From: Acidimicrobiia bacterium
Lineage (GTDB): Bacteria > Actinomycetota > Acidimicrobiia > Acidimicrobiales > JBBSGY01
NCBI GenBank assembly: GCA_039812705.1
Contig: JBDIBA010000004.1
Location: 269 to 64,268 of the forward strand
Direction of reading: 5' to 3'
DNA length: 64,000 nt
The translations under genes were made by a program, and so were the position numbers. A model generated the notes under the pieces. The model saw only the letters and a program-made list of their open reading frames with translations, had not been told where the DNA came from and ran no database searches. This document shows, piece by piece, positions 18,695-27,866 of the stretch; the stretch's first letter is position 1; each line of letters starts with the position of its first letter.

Positions 18695-21034
18695 GTGGCT
18701 AAATCAACCAAGTCAAGACGTAGGGCCCCGGAACCCAGATTCCTGGTCACCGAGCAGATCGAAGATTTTTTTGCGCGTCAGTCACCCGAGGTTTGGGGCG
18801 TTGTCCTGGTCTTGGTCGGAATCGTCGGCGCTGCAGCCATCTACCTGGACATCCTTGGTCCGGCGGGGGCAATGCTTGCCGATGGAGCCAAGTCCGCTTT
18901 CGGTCTGACGCGCTTCGTGCTGCCCGTTGCATTCCTTGTTGCCGGCGCGCAAATGATCCGCTACCGCGAAGAACACACCGTCGTTCGCCTTGCGTTGTGG
19001 TTGACGGTTGCGATTGTTTCAGCCGCCGGTCTCATTCAGCTTTTCAACGGCCCTCGCACTTTCACAACCACATCTTTCGATGTCGGCCCATCCGGAGGTT
19101 GGACCGGCCTAGGCGTTGGTCACGGTTTGCAGTCGGTCATTGGCCCGTGGGGTGCCGGTTTACTCCTCGTCATCGCGTTGGCTGTTGCCGTGTTGTCTTG
19201 CTGCGGCCTGACGGTTGGCGACGCCTTGGCATATTCGCGTGAGCGTCTAGATATGGGCCGCGACGCAATGGCCGAGCGCAAGGCGCGCAAGGAACAAGAC
19301 GTCATCGACCTGCGCGACCAACCCGAGGACGAAGAGGAATACGACGACTACGAAGACGGTTACGACGACGAGGTCGAAGAGGACTTTGTTGACGACGAGT
19401 ACGACGAAGAAGACGAATACGACGAGGAGCTGGATGATGAAGAGCCAGAACCCGCTGTCGATCGTCCCGTCAAGGTCAGTGTTCCCAAGCCCAACAGTGT
19501 CCCCGCCGGCCAGCAGCTGGACATGGGTCTCAGTGCAAACAAGAACTCCAACTGGAAGCTGCCCAGCACAACGCTGCTCAAGCGCGCTAAATCGCAGTCA
19601 GTAGACCGTCGACTTCTCGAGGCCGCTGGAAAGACTCTCGAGCGAGCCCTCGAACAACACAACGTCGACGCGCACTTGGTGGGTATGACGGTGGGTCCGT
19701 CGATTACTCAGTTCCAGCTTGAACTTGGGCCGGGCGTCAAGGTTTCCAAAGTCGTCAACCTCAACAAGGACATTGCCTACGCAATGGCGGCGGCCGACGT
19801 CAGAATCCTCGCGCCCATTCCGGGCAAGTCGGCCATTGGCATCGAGGTGCCAAACCAAGAACGAGCCCTTGTTGCACTTGGCGACATCTTGACGAGTGAA
19901 GAGGCCATGAACGCCCGTCATCCACTCGAGGTCGGCATTGGTCGCGACATTAATGGACGCTCGGTCATGGAAAACCTCGCGACCATGCCGCACATTCTGA
20001 TTGCCGGTGCAACGGGTGCAGGTAAGTCCAGCTGCATCAACTCGCTCATCACTTCACTGCTTGTGCGCAACACGCCCGACGATGTGCGTTTGATTCTCAT
20101 TGACCCCAAGCGCGTTGAACTTGGTCAATACAACGGCGTTCCTCACCTGCTGACTCAAGTCGTGACAGACCCCAAGAAGGCCGCCAACGCGCTGCAGTGG
20201 ACCGTTGCGGAAATGGACAAGCGCTACCAGTTGCTTGCCCAAGCCGGCACTCGCGACATCAAGGGTTACAACGAAGCGTTCGACAATGGTGATCTCAGTG
20301 AAACCGATGACGAGGGCAATTCCATCTATTCGCGTTTGGCAAACATTGTTGTCGTCGTTGACGAGTTGAACGACTTGATGATGGTTGCCGCTCGCGATGT
20401 TGAGGCCTCAATCACCCGCATTGCTCAGATGGCAAGAGCCGTTGGCATTCACCTCGTCCTTGCAACACAGCGACCTTCTGTCAACGTCATTACCGGCGTC
20501 ATCAAAGCAAACATCCCGTCACGTTTGGCATTTGCCGTTTCGTCACTTGCAGACAGCCGCGTCATTCTTGACCAGGCAGGTGCCGAGCGCCTGATTGGTC
20601 AAGGTGACATGTTGTTATCCAAGGGCGGGGGACTCGCCAAGCGCATTCAGGGTGCTTGGGTAAGCGAAGACGAGGTTCGCAAGGTTGCCGAACACTGGCA
20701 GAAACAAGCCAAGCAAGCCCCTTCAGATCCCGCACAAGACGCTTCAACACAGGAAGCAATTACCGCTGGCTCCGGCGAGTCCGGCGGCGGAGGCTTTGGC
20801 GGAGCTGGCGATGATGACGACGAGCTGTTTGAACAAGCAATGGAGCTTGTTGTGCGCTCAAAGCTCGGTTCTACGTCAATGTTGCAGCGCAAGCTTCGCG
20901 TTGGTTTCGCGAGAGCGGGCCGGTTGATGGACATTCTCGAACAGCGTGGCGTTGTTGGGCCGAGTGAAGGCTCCAAGGCTCGCACCGTGTTGATGACCGT
21001 CGAAGAACTCGAAGCGCGCGAGCCTTCTAGCTAG
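18695..21034 (+). CDS. ftsK: DNA translocase FtsK
   Basis: 779 aa with N-terminal TM segments, an acidic linker, Walker A GATGAGKSSCINSLI, Walker B VVVVDELNDLMM and a C-terminal gamma winged-helix domain (MLQRKLRVGFARAGRLMDILE). GTG start. Confidence 0.95.
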   Translation: MAKSTKSRRRAPEPRFLVTEQIEDFFARQSPEVWGVVLVLVGIVGAAAIYLDILGPAGAMLADGAKSAFGLTRFVLPVAFLVAGAQMIRYREEHTVVRLALWLTVAIVSAAGLIQLFNGPRTFTTTSFDVGPSGGWTGLGVGHGLQSVIGPWGAGLLLVIALAVAVLSCCGLTVGDALAYSRERLDMGRDAMAERKARKEQDVIDLRDQPEDEEEYDDYEDGYDDEVEEDFVDDEYDEEDEYDEELDDEEPEPAVDRPVKVSVPKPNSVPAGQQLDMGLSANKNSNWKLPSTTLLKRAKSQSVDRRLLEAAGKTLERALEQHNVDAHLVGMTVGPSITQFQLELGPGVKVSKVVNLNKDIAYAMAAADVRILAPIPGKSAIGIEVPNQERALVALGDILTSEEAMNARHPLEVGIGRDINGRSVMENLATMPHILIAGATGAGKSSCINSLITSLLVRNTPDDVRLILIDPKRVELGQYNGVPHLLTQVVTDPKKAANALQWTVAEMDKRYQLLAQAGTRDIKGYNEAFDNGDLSETDDEGNSIYSRLANIVVVVDELNDLMMVAARDVEASITRIAQMARAVGIHLVLATQRPSVNVITGVIKANIPSRLAFAVSSLADSRVILDQAGAERLIGQGDMLLSKGGGLAKRIQGAWVSEDEVRKVAEHWQKQAKQAPSDPAQDASTQEAITAGSGESGGGGFGGAGDDDDELFEQAMELVVRSKLGSTSMLQRKLRVGFARAGRLMDILEQRGVVGPSEGSKARTVLMTVEELEAREPSS

Positions 21035-21052
21035 GCATTGGCAACTAGCTAT

Positions 21053-21799
21053 TCAGCCGGTGATGCTGACGCCGTCGACTAGAGAATCCGAACGGGTCAC
21101 GTCATATGGCACGTTGTTCATCTTGATCGGCGAGTACACACCGGTTTCCGAACGCAGTGAATACATTGCAATCCGCACCTGTTTGAAGGTGATTCCCGTC
21201 TCGTCTGCGCCGTGCCAAACAACAACCGTGCGGTACATGCCCGGCTGACCCGGAACGGTTGTGGTGTTCGCGAAATCTCCGACGAAGTTCACAATCGGAA
21301 CCGGCGTTGGTGAAGTGTTCGAGAAATAGTTCGGATACTTTTCCCGACCCACGTTGGTTTTCTTGGCCCTGATGACGTCGATCATTGTTGCGTTGGCGCG
21401 GTTGTAGTCGACATCGCTCATTTGGCCGGCAACGCGCGGGTAGACGCTGGGCAACTGGGTAAGCGGGATGAAGCCACTTGGCTCGACAGTGCCTTCGTTG
21501 CCTGCGTGTATCGCCCCGGGAACGGTGGTGGTTGTCAGATATGCGTCGCCGCCTCCGCTTTCCTGGTCCTCAATCGCTTCTTTTGCAATCTGCTCAGGGG
21601 TGGGTCGGGGAAGTGTTTGGTCAGTGCTTGTGTTTGCGGTTGTTGGCACGCCAAGTGTTTGTTCTGCCTTGGTCTGTTGCTTTGCGCCGAAGCTTGCAAC
21701 GACGATTACGAATGCAAGGATCAAGACCAGCCCGACAATCGTCGCAATGATGATCTTGGCCCGCAGGTTCATTTGGTCCAGAAAGTTGGGAAGTCTCAT
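21053..21799 (-). CDS. membrane-anchored hypothetical protein (single N-terminal TM, Thr/Pro linker, unknown extracytoplasmic domain)
   Basis: 248 aa. The start ATG lies 7 nt after the stop of the upstream hydrolase gene, and its AGGAAA RBS overlaps that stop (TAGGAAAACGATG). The TM segment is IIIATIVGLVLILAFVIVVASF. I recognise no catalytic motif. Confidence 0.6.
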   Translation of the reverse strand: MRLPNFLDQMNLRAKIIIATIVGLVLILAFVIVVASFGAKQQTKAEQTLGVPTTANTSTDQTLPRPTPEQIAKEAIEDQESGGGDAYLTTTTVPGAIHAGNEGTVEPSGFIPLTQLPSVYPRVAGQMSDVDYNRANATMIDVIRAKKTNVGREKYPNYFSNTSPTPVPIVNFVGDFANTTTVPGQPGMYRTVVVWHGADETGITFKQVRIAMYSLRSETGVYSPIKMNNVPYDVTRSDSLVDGVSITG

Positions 21800-21806
21800 C
21801 GTTTTC

Positions 21807-23522
21807 CTAGTTTGTATTCACCGATACGTGGACGTGATCGAAGTGGCCGCCGGTCGCACTCTTGATGTCGTACTGGCTGCTCGAGTATGGGCGCGTGCCC
21901 TCACCGGCTCTTGACGAACTCCAGATGCCGCCGTACCAAATGAGGTAGTTGATGCCGAGGGACTTTGCGTTTGTGCGCAAGAAGCTGTCGATTTCATCGC
22001 CCAGTGCTTTTTGGCCGGCATCGGGGAACTTGCCTGCCGTATTGACCATGATGTCAACGGCGTTGCCGGTGATGTGGTCAGATCCCGGAGCGTGGTTGGG
22101 GTCGTATCCGCCGATTGTTGAAATGCAAGGTTGCTGGTTGTTCTTGGCCTGGCATCCCCACTTCGAGTCGACGAGCTGGCGAACGTTGTAAGCGCGTGGG
22201 GTCAAGTTGTGGTGTTCGGCGCTGCGCGGTCCTACGCCGGGGTCGGTTAGTGAACCGTCGACCGGGCTGCATGCTGCGCCCGAGCTTCCGTCGACTGCGC
22301 CTGCGTTTGTGAGGTGCTTGATGGGATCAACGGCGTTCTCGTTGATGCGGACTTCAAAGTGAAGGTGGGGACCGGTGCTGCGGCCGGTGTTTCCAGAAAG
22401 CGCAATCAACTGGTTGGAGGTCACCGTTTGACCAACTTGGACTTTGAGCGAAGAGAGGTGGCCGTAGCGGGTTTGAATTGATTGACCCTGTGCGTCCTTT
22501 CCGTGCTCGATATAGATGACGTTTCCGTATCCGCCTTGCACTCCGGCAACAGTGACCGTTCCGGCGTTGGCGGCGTGGACTTCGGTGCCGATTGGCGTGC
22601 CGATGTCTGCGCCCTTGTGGTCCGTTGATGCGCCGGCAGTTGGTGCGTTACGCGCCCCTAGGCCTGAAGTGACGGGATACTTAGTCGCAACCGGGCGCAC
22701 CCAGCCCGATTGCGCGCGCGCTGCTTCGTTGCCTGCTTTGGTTTGGTCCAGCGATGCCGGTGCTGCGTCAGTAGTTGCCGGGCCGGTTGTGCCGGCTTGT
22801 GCAAGCCACGTCCGTGCGGTTGCGACGTTGTCGTTGACGATTCGGATGTACGCGCTCTTGTCTGCGGGTCGTTGTGTTGCGTAACCGGCTTCACCGGGTG
22901 ACATCGATCCCGAGGGATCAACAACTTGCAGGTTCTCGTAGAAGCGCTTTGCTGCCCAAGCTGGGTCCATTAGTTGCGCGTCGGTTCCCCAGGGTTTTCC
23001 GTCGCGACCGTCACCGCCGGACAGTTGCTGGAATGCGCCAAGACTTGTGTGGTCATGACCGGCGCCATCGTTTGGATACTTGTCAGAGCCGGGGACGTTG
23101 GTGTTGTAGAGGTTGCGCGGGCCAGATTCGAGTTTCGAAATGGCGAGGGCCGTGAGGATCTGGTTTTCGTTCTTGCCCATTTGCCGACCGACGTCGACGA
23201 TGATCTTGACAATGCTCATGTTCGGGCTGGCTTTGCCGGGGACGTAAGTGCCCGAACCCATCACTGCACATGAGGCGGAGGCTTGCTGAGTCTGCATGAC
23301 AACGAAAAGCTGGCTGACAAAGAAGATGCTGAACAAGAAGATTCCGAGGATGATCAGAATCACAATCTTGAAGAGCGGTTTGGTGACCTTGGTGACTGCC
23401 TTTTCGGCAGCCTTCGATGCGACTGGACCGGCAGGCGCGGCAGCAACACCGGCGGCCTTTCCGGCCGCCTTGCTGGCAACGTCGGCACCCTTGTCGACCG
23501 CATCGTTCATTCCACCGCTCAC
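21807..23522 (-). CDS. multidomain peptidoglycan hydrolase: TM anchor + SLT-like transglycosylase + M23 endopeptidase + M15/LAS-type peptidase
   Basis: 571 aa with TM segment IVILIILGIFLFSIFFV. The SLT-like part has LAISKLESG...SLGAFQQ. The M23 part has HKGAD (HxxxD) and GPHLHFE (HxH). The C-terminal part has SDHITGNAVD, an exact match to the LAS/VanY motif SxHxxGxAxD, plus HFDHVH. Confidence 0.85.
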   Translation of the reverse strand: MSGGMNDAVDKGADVASKAAGKAAGVAAAPAGPVASKAAEKAVTKVTKPLFKIVILIILGIFLFSIFFVSQLFVVMQTQQASASCAVMGSGTYVPGKASPNMSIVKIIVDVGRQMGKNENQILTALAISKLESGPRNLYNTNVPGSDKYPNDGAGHDHTSLGAFQQLSGGDGRDGKPWGTDAQLMDPAWAAKRFYENLQVVDPSGSMSPGEAGYATQRPADKSAYIRIVNDNVATARTWLAQAGTTGPATTDAAPASLDQTKAGNEAARAQSGWVRPVATKYPVTSGLGARNAPTAGASTDHKGADIGTPIGTEVHAANAGTVTVAGVQGGYGNVIYIEHGKDAQGQSIQTRYGHLSSLKVQVGQTVTSNQLIALSGNTGRSTGPHLHFEVRINENAVDPIKHLTNAGAVDGSSGAACSPVDGSLTDPGVGPRSAEHHNLTPRAYNVRQLVDSKWGCQAKNNQQPCISTIGGYDPNHAPGSDHITGNAVDIMVNTAGKFPDAGQKALGDEIDSFLRTNAKSLGINYLIWYGGIWSSSRAGEGTRPYSSSQYDIKSATGGHFDHVHVSVNTN

Positions 23523-23617
23523 GGAAAAAGTTTAGGGCATCATGATTCGTATAAACCTCTTCGGAGTGGGATGCTCTGCGGGTTTGGTTGCGCTGGGCCT
23601 CCGCTAACCTCGGCTGC

Positions 23618-24466
23618 ATGCGTGCAACGGTTCCAGGTTCGGCTGCCAATCTCGGACCGGGCTTTGACACCCTTGCTTTAGCCCTTGGTTTTTACCTAAC
23701 CGTCGAGATTGAGACCGCTTCATCGCTGGAAATCGCCGCATCCGGAGAAGGCGCTGACCTGCCAATTGACGAGACCCACTTGGCGGCTCGGGTCGCGCGC
23801 GAGGTGATTGGTCACGACCGCGTGTCCATCAAGATTGACTCGCAAATTCCAATGTCTCGCGGGCTTGGTTCTTCTGCTGCACTGGCGGTTGCAACGGCCG
23901 CAGCCGCTGGCGCCGAAGACCCTTTGGCCGTGGCTACGCGATTCGAAGGCCATTGCGAAAACGCGGCGGCCTCGGCAACGGGCGGACTTGTCACGGCCAC
24001 CATGGTCTCGGGTTCGCCGGTGGCAACGCCGCTGTTTCTCGACCCAGACCTTGCCTTTGTGGTGTTGATTCCGGACTTCACGCTCAAAACCAGCGTCGCT
24101 CGTGGAAAATTGCCAGACGAGGTTTCTCGTGAGCACGCAGTTTTCAATCTCGGGCGCTTGGGCCTGCTGATTGCTGCGCTTGGTGATGGTTCGATGATGG
24201 TTCCCGAGGCCATGGACGATCGCCTCCATCAACGCCAGCGGGCATCGCTGTTTCCCGAGGCTGCGCTTTTGCTCGACGCTTTGGTCATGGCTGGTGCGTC
24301 GGGCGCGTGCTGGTCGGGGGCCGGGCCGACTCTGCTCGGTGTTTGCGACCAGCAAGACAAGGCCGAAAAGGTGCGTCGTGGTGGCGAACAGGCCATGGAG
24401 CGCCACGGAATTGCCGGTCGTGCCGTCATTGCCAATGTCGATACCGGCGGTTTGCGCATCGAATAA
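23618..24466 (+). CDS. thrB: homoserine kinase
   Basis: GHMP kinase. The N-terminal ATVPGSAANLGPGFDTLALAL is typical ThrB, and the ATP motif IPMSRGLGSSAA is present. The ATG at 23618 was chosen; the track ORF starts at 23588. Confidence 0.85.
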   Translation: MRATVPGSAANLGPGFDTLALALGFYLTVEIETASSLEIAASGEGADLPIDETHLAARVAREVIGHDRVSIKIDSQIPMSRGLGSSAALAVATAAAAGAEDPLAVATRFEGHCENAAASATGGLVTATMVSGSPVATPLFLDPDLAFVVLIPDFTLKTSVARGKLPDEVSREHAVFNLGRLGLLIAALGDGSMMVPEAMDDRLHQRQRASLFPEAALLLDALVMAGASGACWSGAGPTLLGVCDQQDKAEKVRRGGEQAMERHGIAGRAVIANVDTGGLRIE

Positions 24467-24552
24467 GTGCTCGCTGGTGCGGTCATCGGTGTCGGTGTCC
24501 GGCTTCGGTGTTCGCTCGAATCTGTTTGGAGGCCGCGGCCAAGTAGTCTGGT

Positions 24553-25809
24553 GTGGTGCCGCAGCGATACTGGATAGAGACACTCGGATGTCCCAAGAAC
24601 CAAGTCGATTCTGACAAGTTGTCGGGTTCTTTTGCTGCCGATGGAATGGTCGAAGCCGAGTCGCCGGAACAGGCCGATGTGGTGGTCGTAAACACTTGCG
24701 CGTTCATCGACATAGCTCGCGAGGAATCCATCGACACCGTTCTGCAAATGGCCGAAGTCCGCAATCCAGACGCAAAGCTTGTTGTTACGGGTTGCATGGC
24801 AGAGCGATACGGCGACGAACTTTCCAACGCATTGCCCGAGGTCGATCAGGTCGCGGGCTTTGGTGTTCCTGTTCAACTTGGCAAGAAGCCGTTGTCTCTT
24901 GACGCGGGGCCAGAGGTTCCTCGTCTCGACTTGTTGAACATGACGCGGCCGCCAAGCGCGTCGCCGTGGGCATACCTAAAGATCGCCGAAGGCTGCAATC
25001 GCAACTGTGGTTTCTGTGCAATCCCGAGCTTTCGCGGCCCGCAGCGCAGTCGCAGTTTCTCGTCCCTTCTTGCCGAAGTTGAACAACTGCAAGCAAAAGA
25101 AATTGTTCTGATTGCCCAAGACCTCGCGTCGTACGGTTCCGATGTTGGCGCAAGGGGCTCAATTACAGATCTCATTTCCGCCATCGACGACATGGTCGAT
25201 CGCGTGCGTTTGTTGTATCTCTACCCGTCAGACCTCAGTGACGATTTGATCGACGTCATTTGCAAGACGGGTGTTGCCTATTTCGACTTGTCGTTGCAAC
25301 ACGTTTCCAAGCCGCTGCTGCGTCGCATGCGCAGGTGGGGCGACTTTGATCGGTTCATCAATCGCGTGAACGACATTCGTGTTCGCGAGCCTCAGGCAGC
25401 CTTCCGTTCCAATTTCATTGTTGGTTACCCAGGTGAAACCGAAGCAGACCACGACCTCTTGTTGCGATTTGTGGAAGAAACTCAGATGGAGTGGGCAAGT
25501 TTCTTTGCATACTCACCAGAAGAGGGCACGTATGCAATGAAACTTGACGGCGAAGTCCCGACAAGTTTGCGCGACGAACGCCTGGCAGAGCTGCGTGAAT
25601 TGCAGGATTCCATTACGGCTGCCAAGCGTGCGAGTTTGGTTGGGACATCGGTGCAAGTGTTGGTCGACGCGCCTGGCGTCGCGCGTAGTCATCGTGAAGC
25701 ACCAGAGATCGACGGAGTGATTGAGGTGCCTACAGATCTCGCCGTTGGCGAGTTCCACACTGTTGAAATAACTGGAGCAGCAGGACCCGACCTCACCGCA
25801 CAACCGTGA
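24553..25809 (+). CDS. rimO: ribosomal protein S12 methylthiotransferase
   Basis: MiaB-like radical SAM enzyme with the RimO-type N-terminus WIETLGCPKNQVDSD, the CNRNCGFCAIP cluster motif and a C-terminal TRAM domain. It sits in the conserved position before pgsA. Confidence 0.88.
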   Translation: MVPQRYWIETLGCPKNQVDSDKLSGSFAADGMVEAESPEQADVVVVNTCAFIDIAREESIDTVLQMAEVRNPDAKLVVTGCMAERYGDELSNALPEVDQVAGFGVPVQLGKKPLSLDAGPEVPRLDLLNMTRPPSASPWAYLKIAEGCNRNCGFCAIPSFRGPQRSRSFSSLLAEVEQLQAKEIVLIAQDLASYGSDVGARGSITDLISAIDDMVDRVRLLYLYPSDLSDDLIDVICKTGVAYFDLSLQHVSKPLLRRMRRWGDFDRFINRVNDIRVREPQAAFRSNFIVGYPGETEADHDLLLRFVEETQMEWASFFAYSPEEGTYAMKLDGEVPTSLRDERLAELRELQDSITAAKRASLVGTSVQVLVDAPGVARSHREAPEIDGVIEVPTDLAVGEFHTVEITGAAGPDLTAQP

Positions 25810-26384
25810 CCATGACGTCGAACGTTTCACGACACACGTATCGCACGCCTGCGAACATTGTCACTCTGGTGCGCATTCTGCTTACGCCGGTTGTAATTGC
25901 AGTTATCTACTTGTACGCGCCGTCATGGTGGGTGTTGGCGTTTTCTTTTGCCGTCACGTTCACCGATCGCATTGACGGTTGGCTTGCGCGACGTTACGGG
26001 ACAAGCAAAGTGGGTACGTTTCTTGATCCTTTGAGCGACAAGTTCATTGTTCTTGGTTGTTATTTCGCCCTTGTAGCGCTGGGTTGGGTGTCGATCATTC
26101 CTGTCGTGCTTATTGCCGTGCGTGAAGTCGGCATGCAGGTGTGGCGTTCGCAGCTTGCGAAACAGGGTGTCAGTGTTCCTGCGCGCCAATCCGGCAAGTA
26201 CAAGATGTGGGCACAGTCGCTCGCCGTTGCACTTGCCTTGATCCCGGGTGTCATTGCCAATTTCAGTTGGCTTTTCACGTCGGCGGTCTGGTTTGCAGTT
26301 GGTTTCACGTATTGGTCGTTTGTTCAGTACATAGTTGATGCACGTCGCTTTGGTCACCCAACGGGGGCGGCAACGAAGTCGTGA
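25806..26384 (+). CDS. pgsA: CDP-diacylglycerol--glycerol-3-phosphate 3-phosphatidyltransferase
   Basis: 192 aa with CDP-alcohol phosphatidyltransferase motif elements (DRIDGWLAR...G..LDPLSDK) and several TM segments. It overlaps the rimO stop. Confidence 0.88.
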   Translation: MTMTSNVSRHTYRTPANIVTLVRILLTPVVIAVIYLYAPSWWVLAFSFAVTFTDRIDGWLARRYGTSKVGTFLDPLSDKFIVLGCYFALVALGWVSIIPVVLIAVREVGMQVWRSQLAKQGVSVPARQSGKYKMWAQSLAVALALIPGVIANFSWLFTSAVWFAVGFTYWSFVQYIVDARRFGHPTGAATKS

Positions 26385-27640
26385 ATGTTGAAGTCCTAGT
26401 CGTCGGAACAGAGTTGTTGTTGGGTCCGGTGGTTGACACGAACTCAACTTGGATTGGCGAACAACTCGCTGGGCGGGGAATTGACGTGTTCCGACGTGTT
26501 GCTGTCGGCGACAATCACGAACGCATTGTTGCTGCCATGAAAGACGCGTTGTCGCGCGCCGATGCAGTCATTGTTACGGGTGGTTTAGGACCAACCGACG
26601 ATGACATCACAAGAGAAGCCGCAGCCGAGGTCATGAATGAACAATTGGTTTGTGATGAAACCGTTGTTGACGACTTGCGTAAGTATTTTTCACGCCGTTC
26701 ATACGTGATGGCGGAGGCCAACCTTCGTCAGGCAATGCGTCCACAGAGTGCGCGTCTGATTCGTCAAAGCGGTGGAACTGCGCCGGGCCTTGTGTGCCCA
26801 GTGGGCGAGAAGGTCATGTACTTGGTTCCTGGTGTTCCATCTGAAATGCGCGAGATGTTGTCAAATGTCGTGCTGGATGAATTGGCCGGCCGCGCAAAGA
26901 CCAACTCTGTAATTGCTGTGCGCACGGTGCGTTGTTGGGGAGTGTCTGAAGCACACATTGGCGAGTTGTTGGCCGCGCGCGTGCGCGAGATTGACAGCAC
27001 TAATCATCTTGTGCGCATTGCTTATTTGGCGCGAGGCATCGAGGGCGTTCATGTGCGTTTAACGGTGAAGGATGTGAGTGTTGAAGCCGCGCACGCCGAA
27101 CTCGATGAAGAAGAAAAGCGCGTTCGCGGTCTGTTGGGTAGCTGCGTTTATGGCGTTGATGATCAGACTATGGAGGCCGTTGTTGGTTCGCTGTTGGTTG
27201 AGCGCGGACTGACGCTTGGTGTTGCTGAGTCGATGACGGGCGGACTAGTTGCGTCGCGCGTTACCGATGTGGCCGGCGCAAGCAAGTGGTTTCGTGGTGG
27301 TGTCGTTTCTTATGCAAGCGAGGTCAAGTTCGATGTGTTGAACGTTCCGCGCGGCAATGTCGTGACGGCAGATTGCGCGGCGGCCATGGCAATGGGTGTG
27401 CGCGACACGCTCAATGCCGATGTCGGTCTTTCGGTGACCGGCGTTGCGGGGCCGGATTCCCAAGAGGGGCAGAAACCCGGCACGGTGTTTTGTGGCATCG
27501 CAGGGTTGCCTGGTGCGACTTCCGGTGTTGAATCCGGTGTTGAGGTGATCCGCCTTGACTTGGTTGGAGACCGCCGCCATGTCCGTGAATCCGCTGCGAT
27601 GCATCTTGTTAACGGTCTGCGCCTGCGTCTGTTGGGTTAG
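26381..27640 (+). CDS. cinA: CinA family protein (competence/damage-inducible; NMN amidohydrolase-type C-terminal domain)
   Basis: 419 aa with the N-terminal MoCF-biosynthesis-like VVGTELLLGPVVDTNSTWIGEQLA and the C-terminal CinA/PncC domain (LGVAESMTGGLVA, SVTGVAGP). Confidence 0.9.
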   Translation: MNVEVLVVGTELLLGPVVDTNSTWIGEQLAGRGIDVFRRVAVGDNHERIVAAMKDALSRADAVIVTGGLGPTDDDITREAAAEVMNEQLVCDETVVDDLRKYFSRRSYVMAEANLRQAMRPQSARLIRQSGGTAPGLVCPVGEKVMYLVPGVPSEMREMLSNVVLDELAGRAKTNSVIAVRTVRCWGVSEAHIGELLAARVREIDSTNHLVRIAYLARGIEGVHVRLTVKDVSVEAAHAELDEEEKRVRGLLGSCVYGVDDQTMEAVVGSLLVERGLTLGVAESMTGGLVASRVTDVAGASKWFRGGVVSYASEVKFDVLNVPRGNVVTADCAAAMAMGVRDTLNADVGLSVTGVAGPDSQEGQKPGTVFCGIAGLPGATSGVESGVEVIRLDLVGDRRHVRESAAMHLVNGLRLRLLG

Positions 27641-27702
27641 TTCAGGTTGCTTGGCTGGCCGGCTGGCTGTTCGGATTGCCGTTTGGGCGGGAAATCCGTG
27701 CG

Positions 27703-27716
27703 CGAACGCCTGTTCG
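27703..27716. promoter_or_regulatory. LexA (SOS) box upstream of recA
   Basis: Perfect palindrome CGAAC-GCCT-GTTCG, matching the Gram-positive/actinobacterial CGAAC-N4-GTTCG operator. It lies 151 nt upstream of the recA ATG and is immediately followed by a -10-like TAGGGT. Confidence 0.8.
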
Positions 27717-27866
27717 TGGCTAGGGTGAAACCCGAACGCCGGAAAGGGGCCTGCCAATGAGTGTCACACCCCCTGCGTAGTTTGGTTGGCACAACAAAAG
27801 AGGTCATCGAAGCCGGAGCCCTCCGGCAAGAGTCAATCCGGTTCAGTCCGGGAAAGTGGGGAAGTA

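Noticed and set aside
18695-21034. FtsK as a possible conjugative TraB-like translocase, given the neighbouring wall-hydrolase operon.
   Set aside because: It has the full chromosomal architecture: an N-terminal multi-TM domain, a linker, the motor and the gamma winged-helix. It sits in the conserved rnj-ftsK position. No relaxase, replication or integration genes are nearby.
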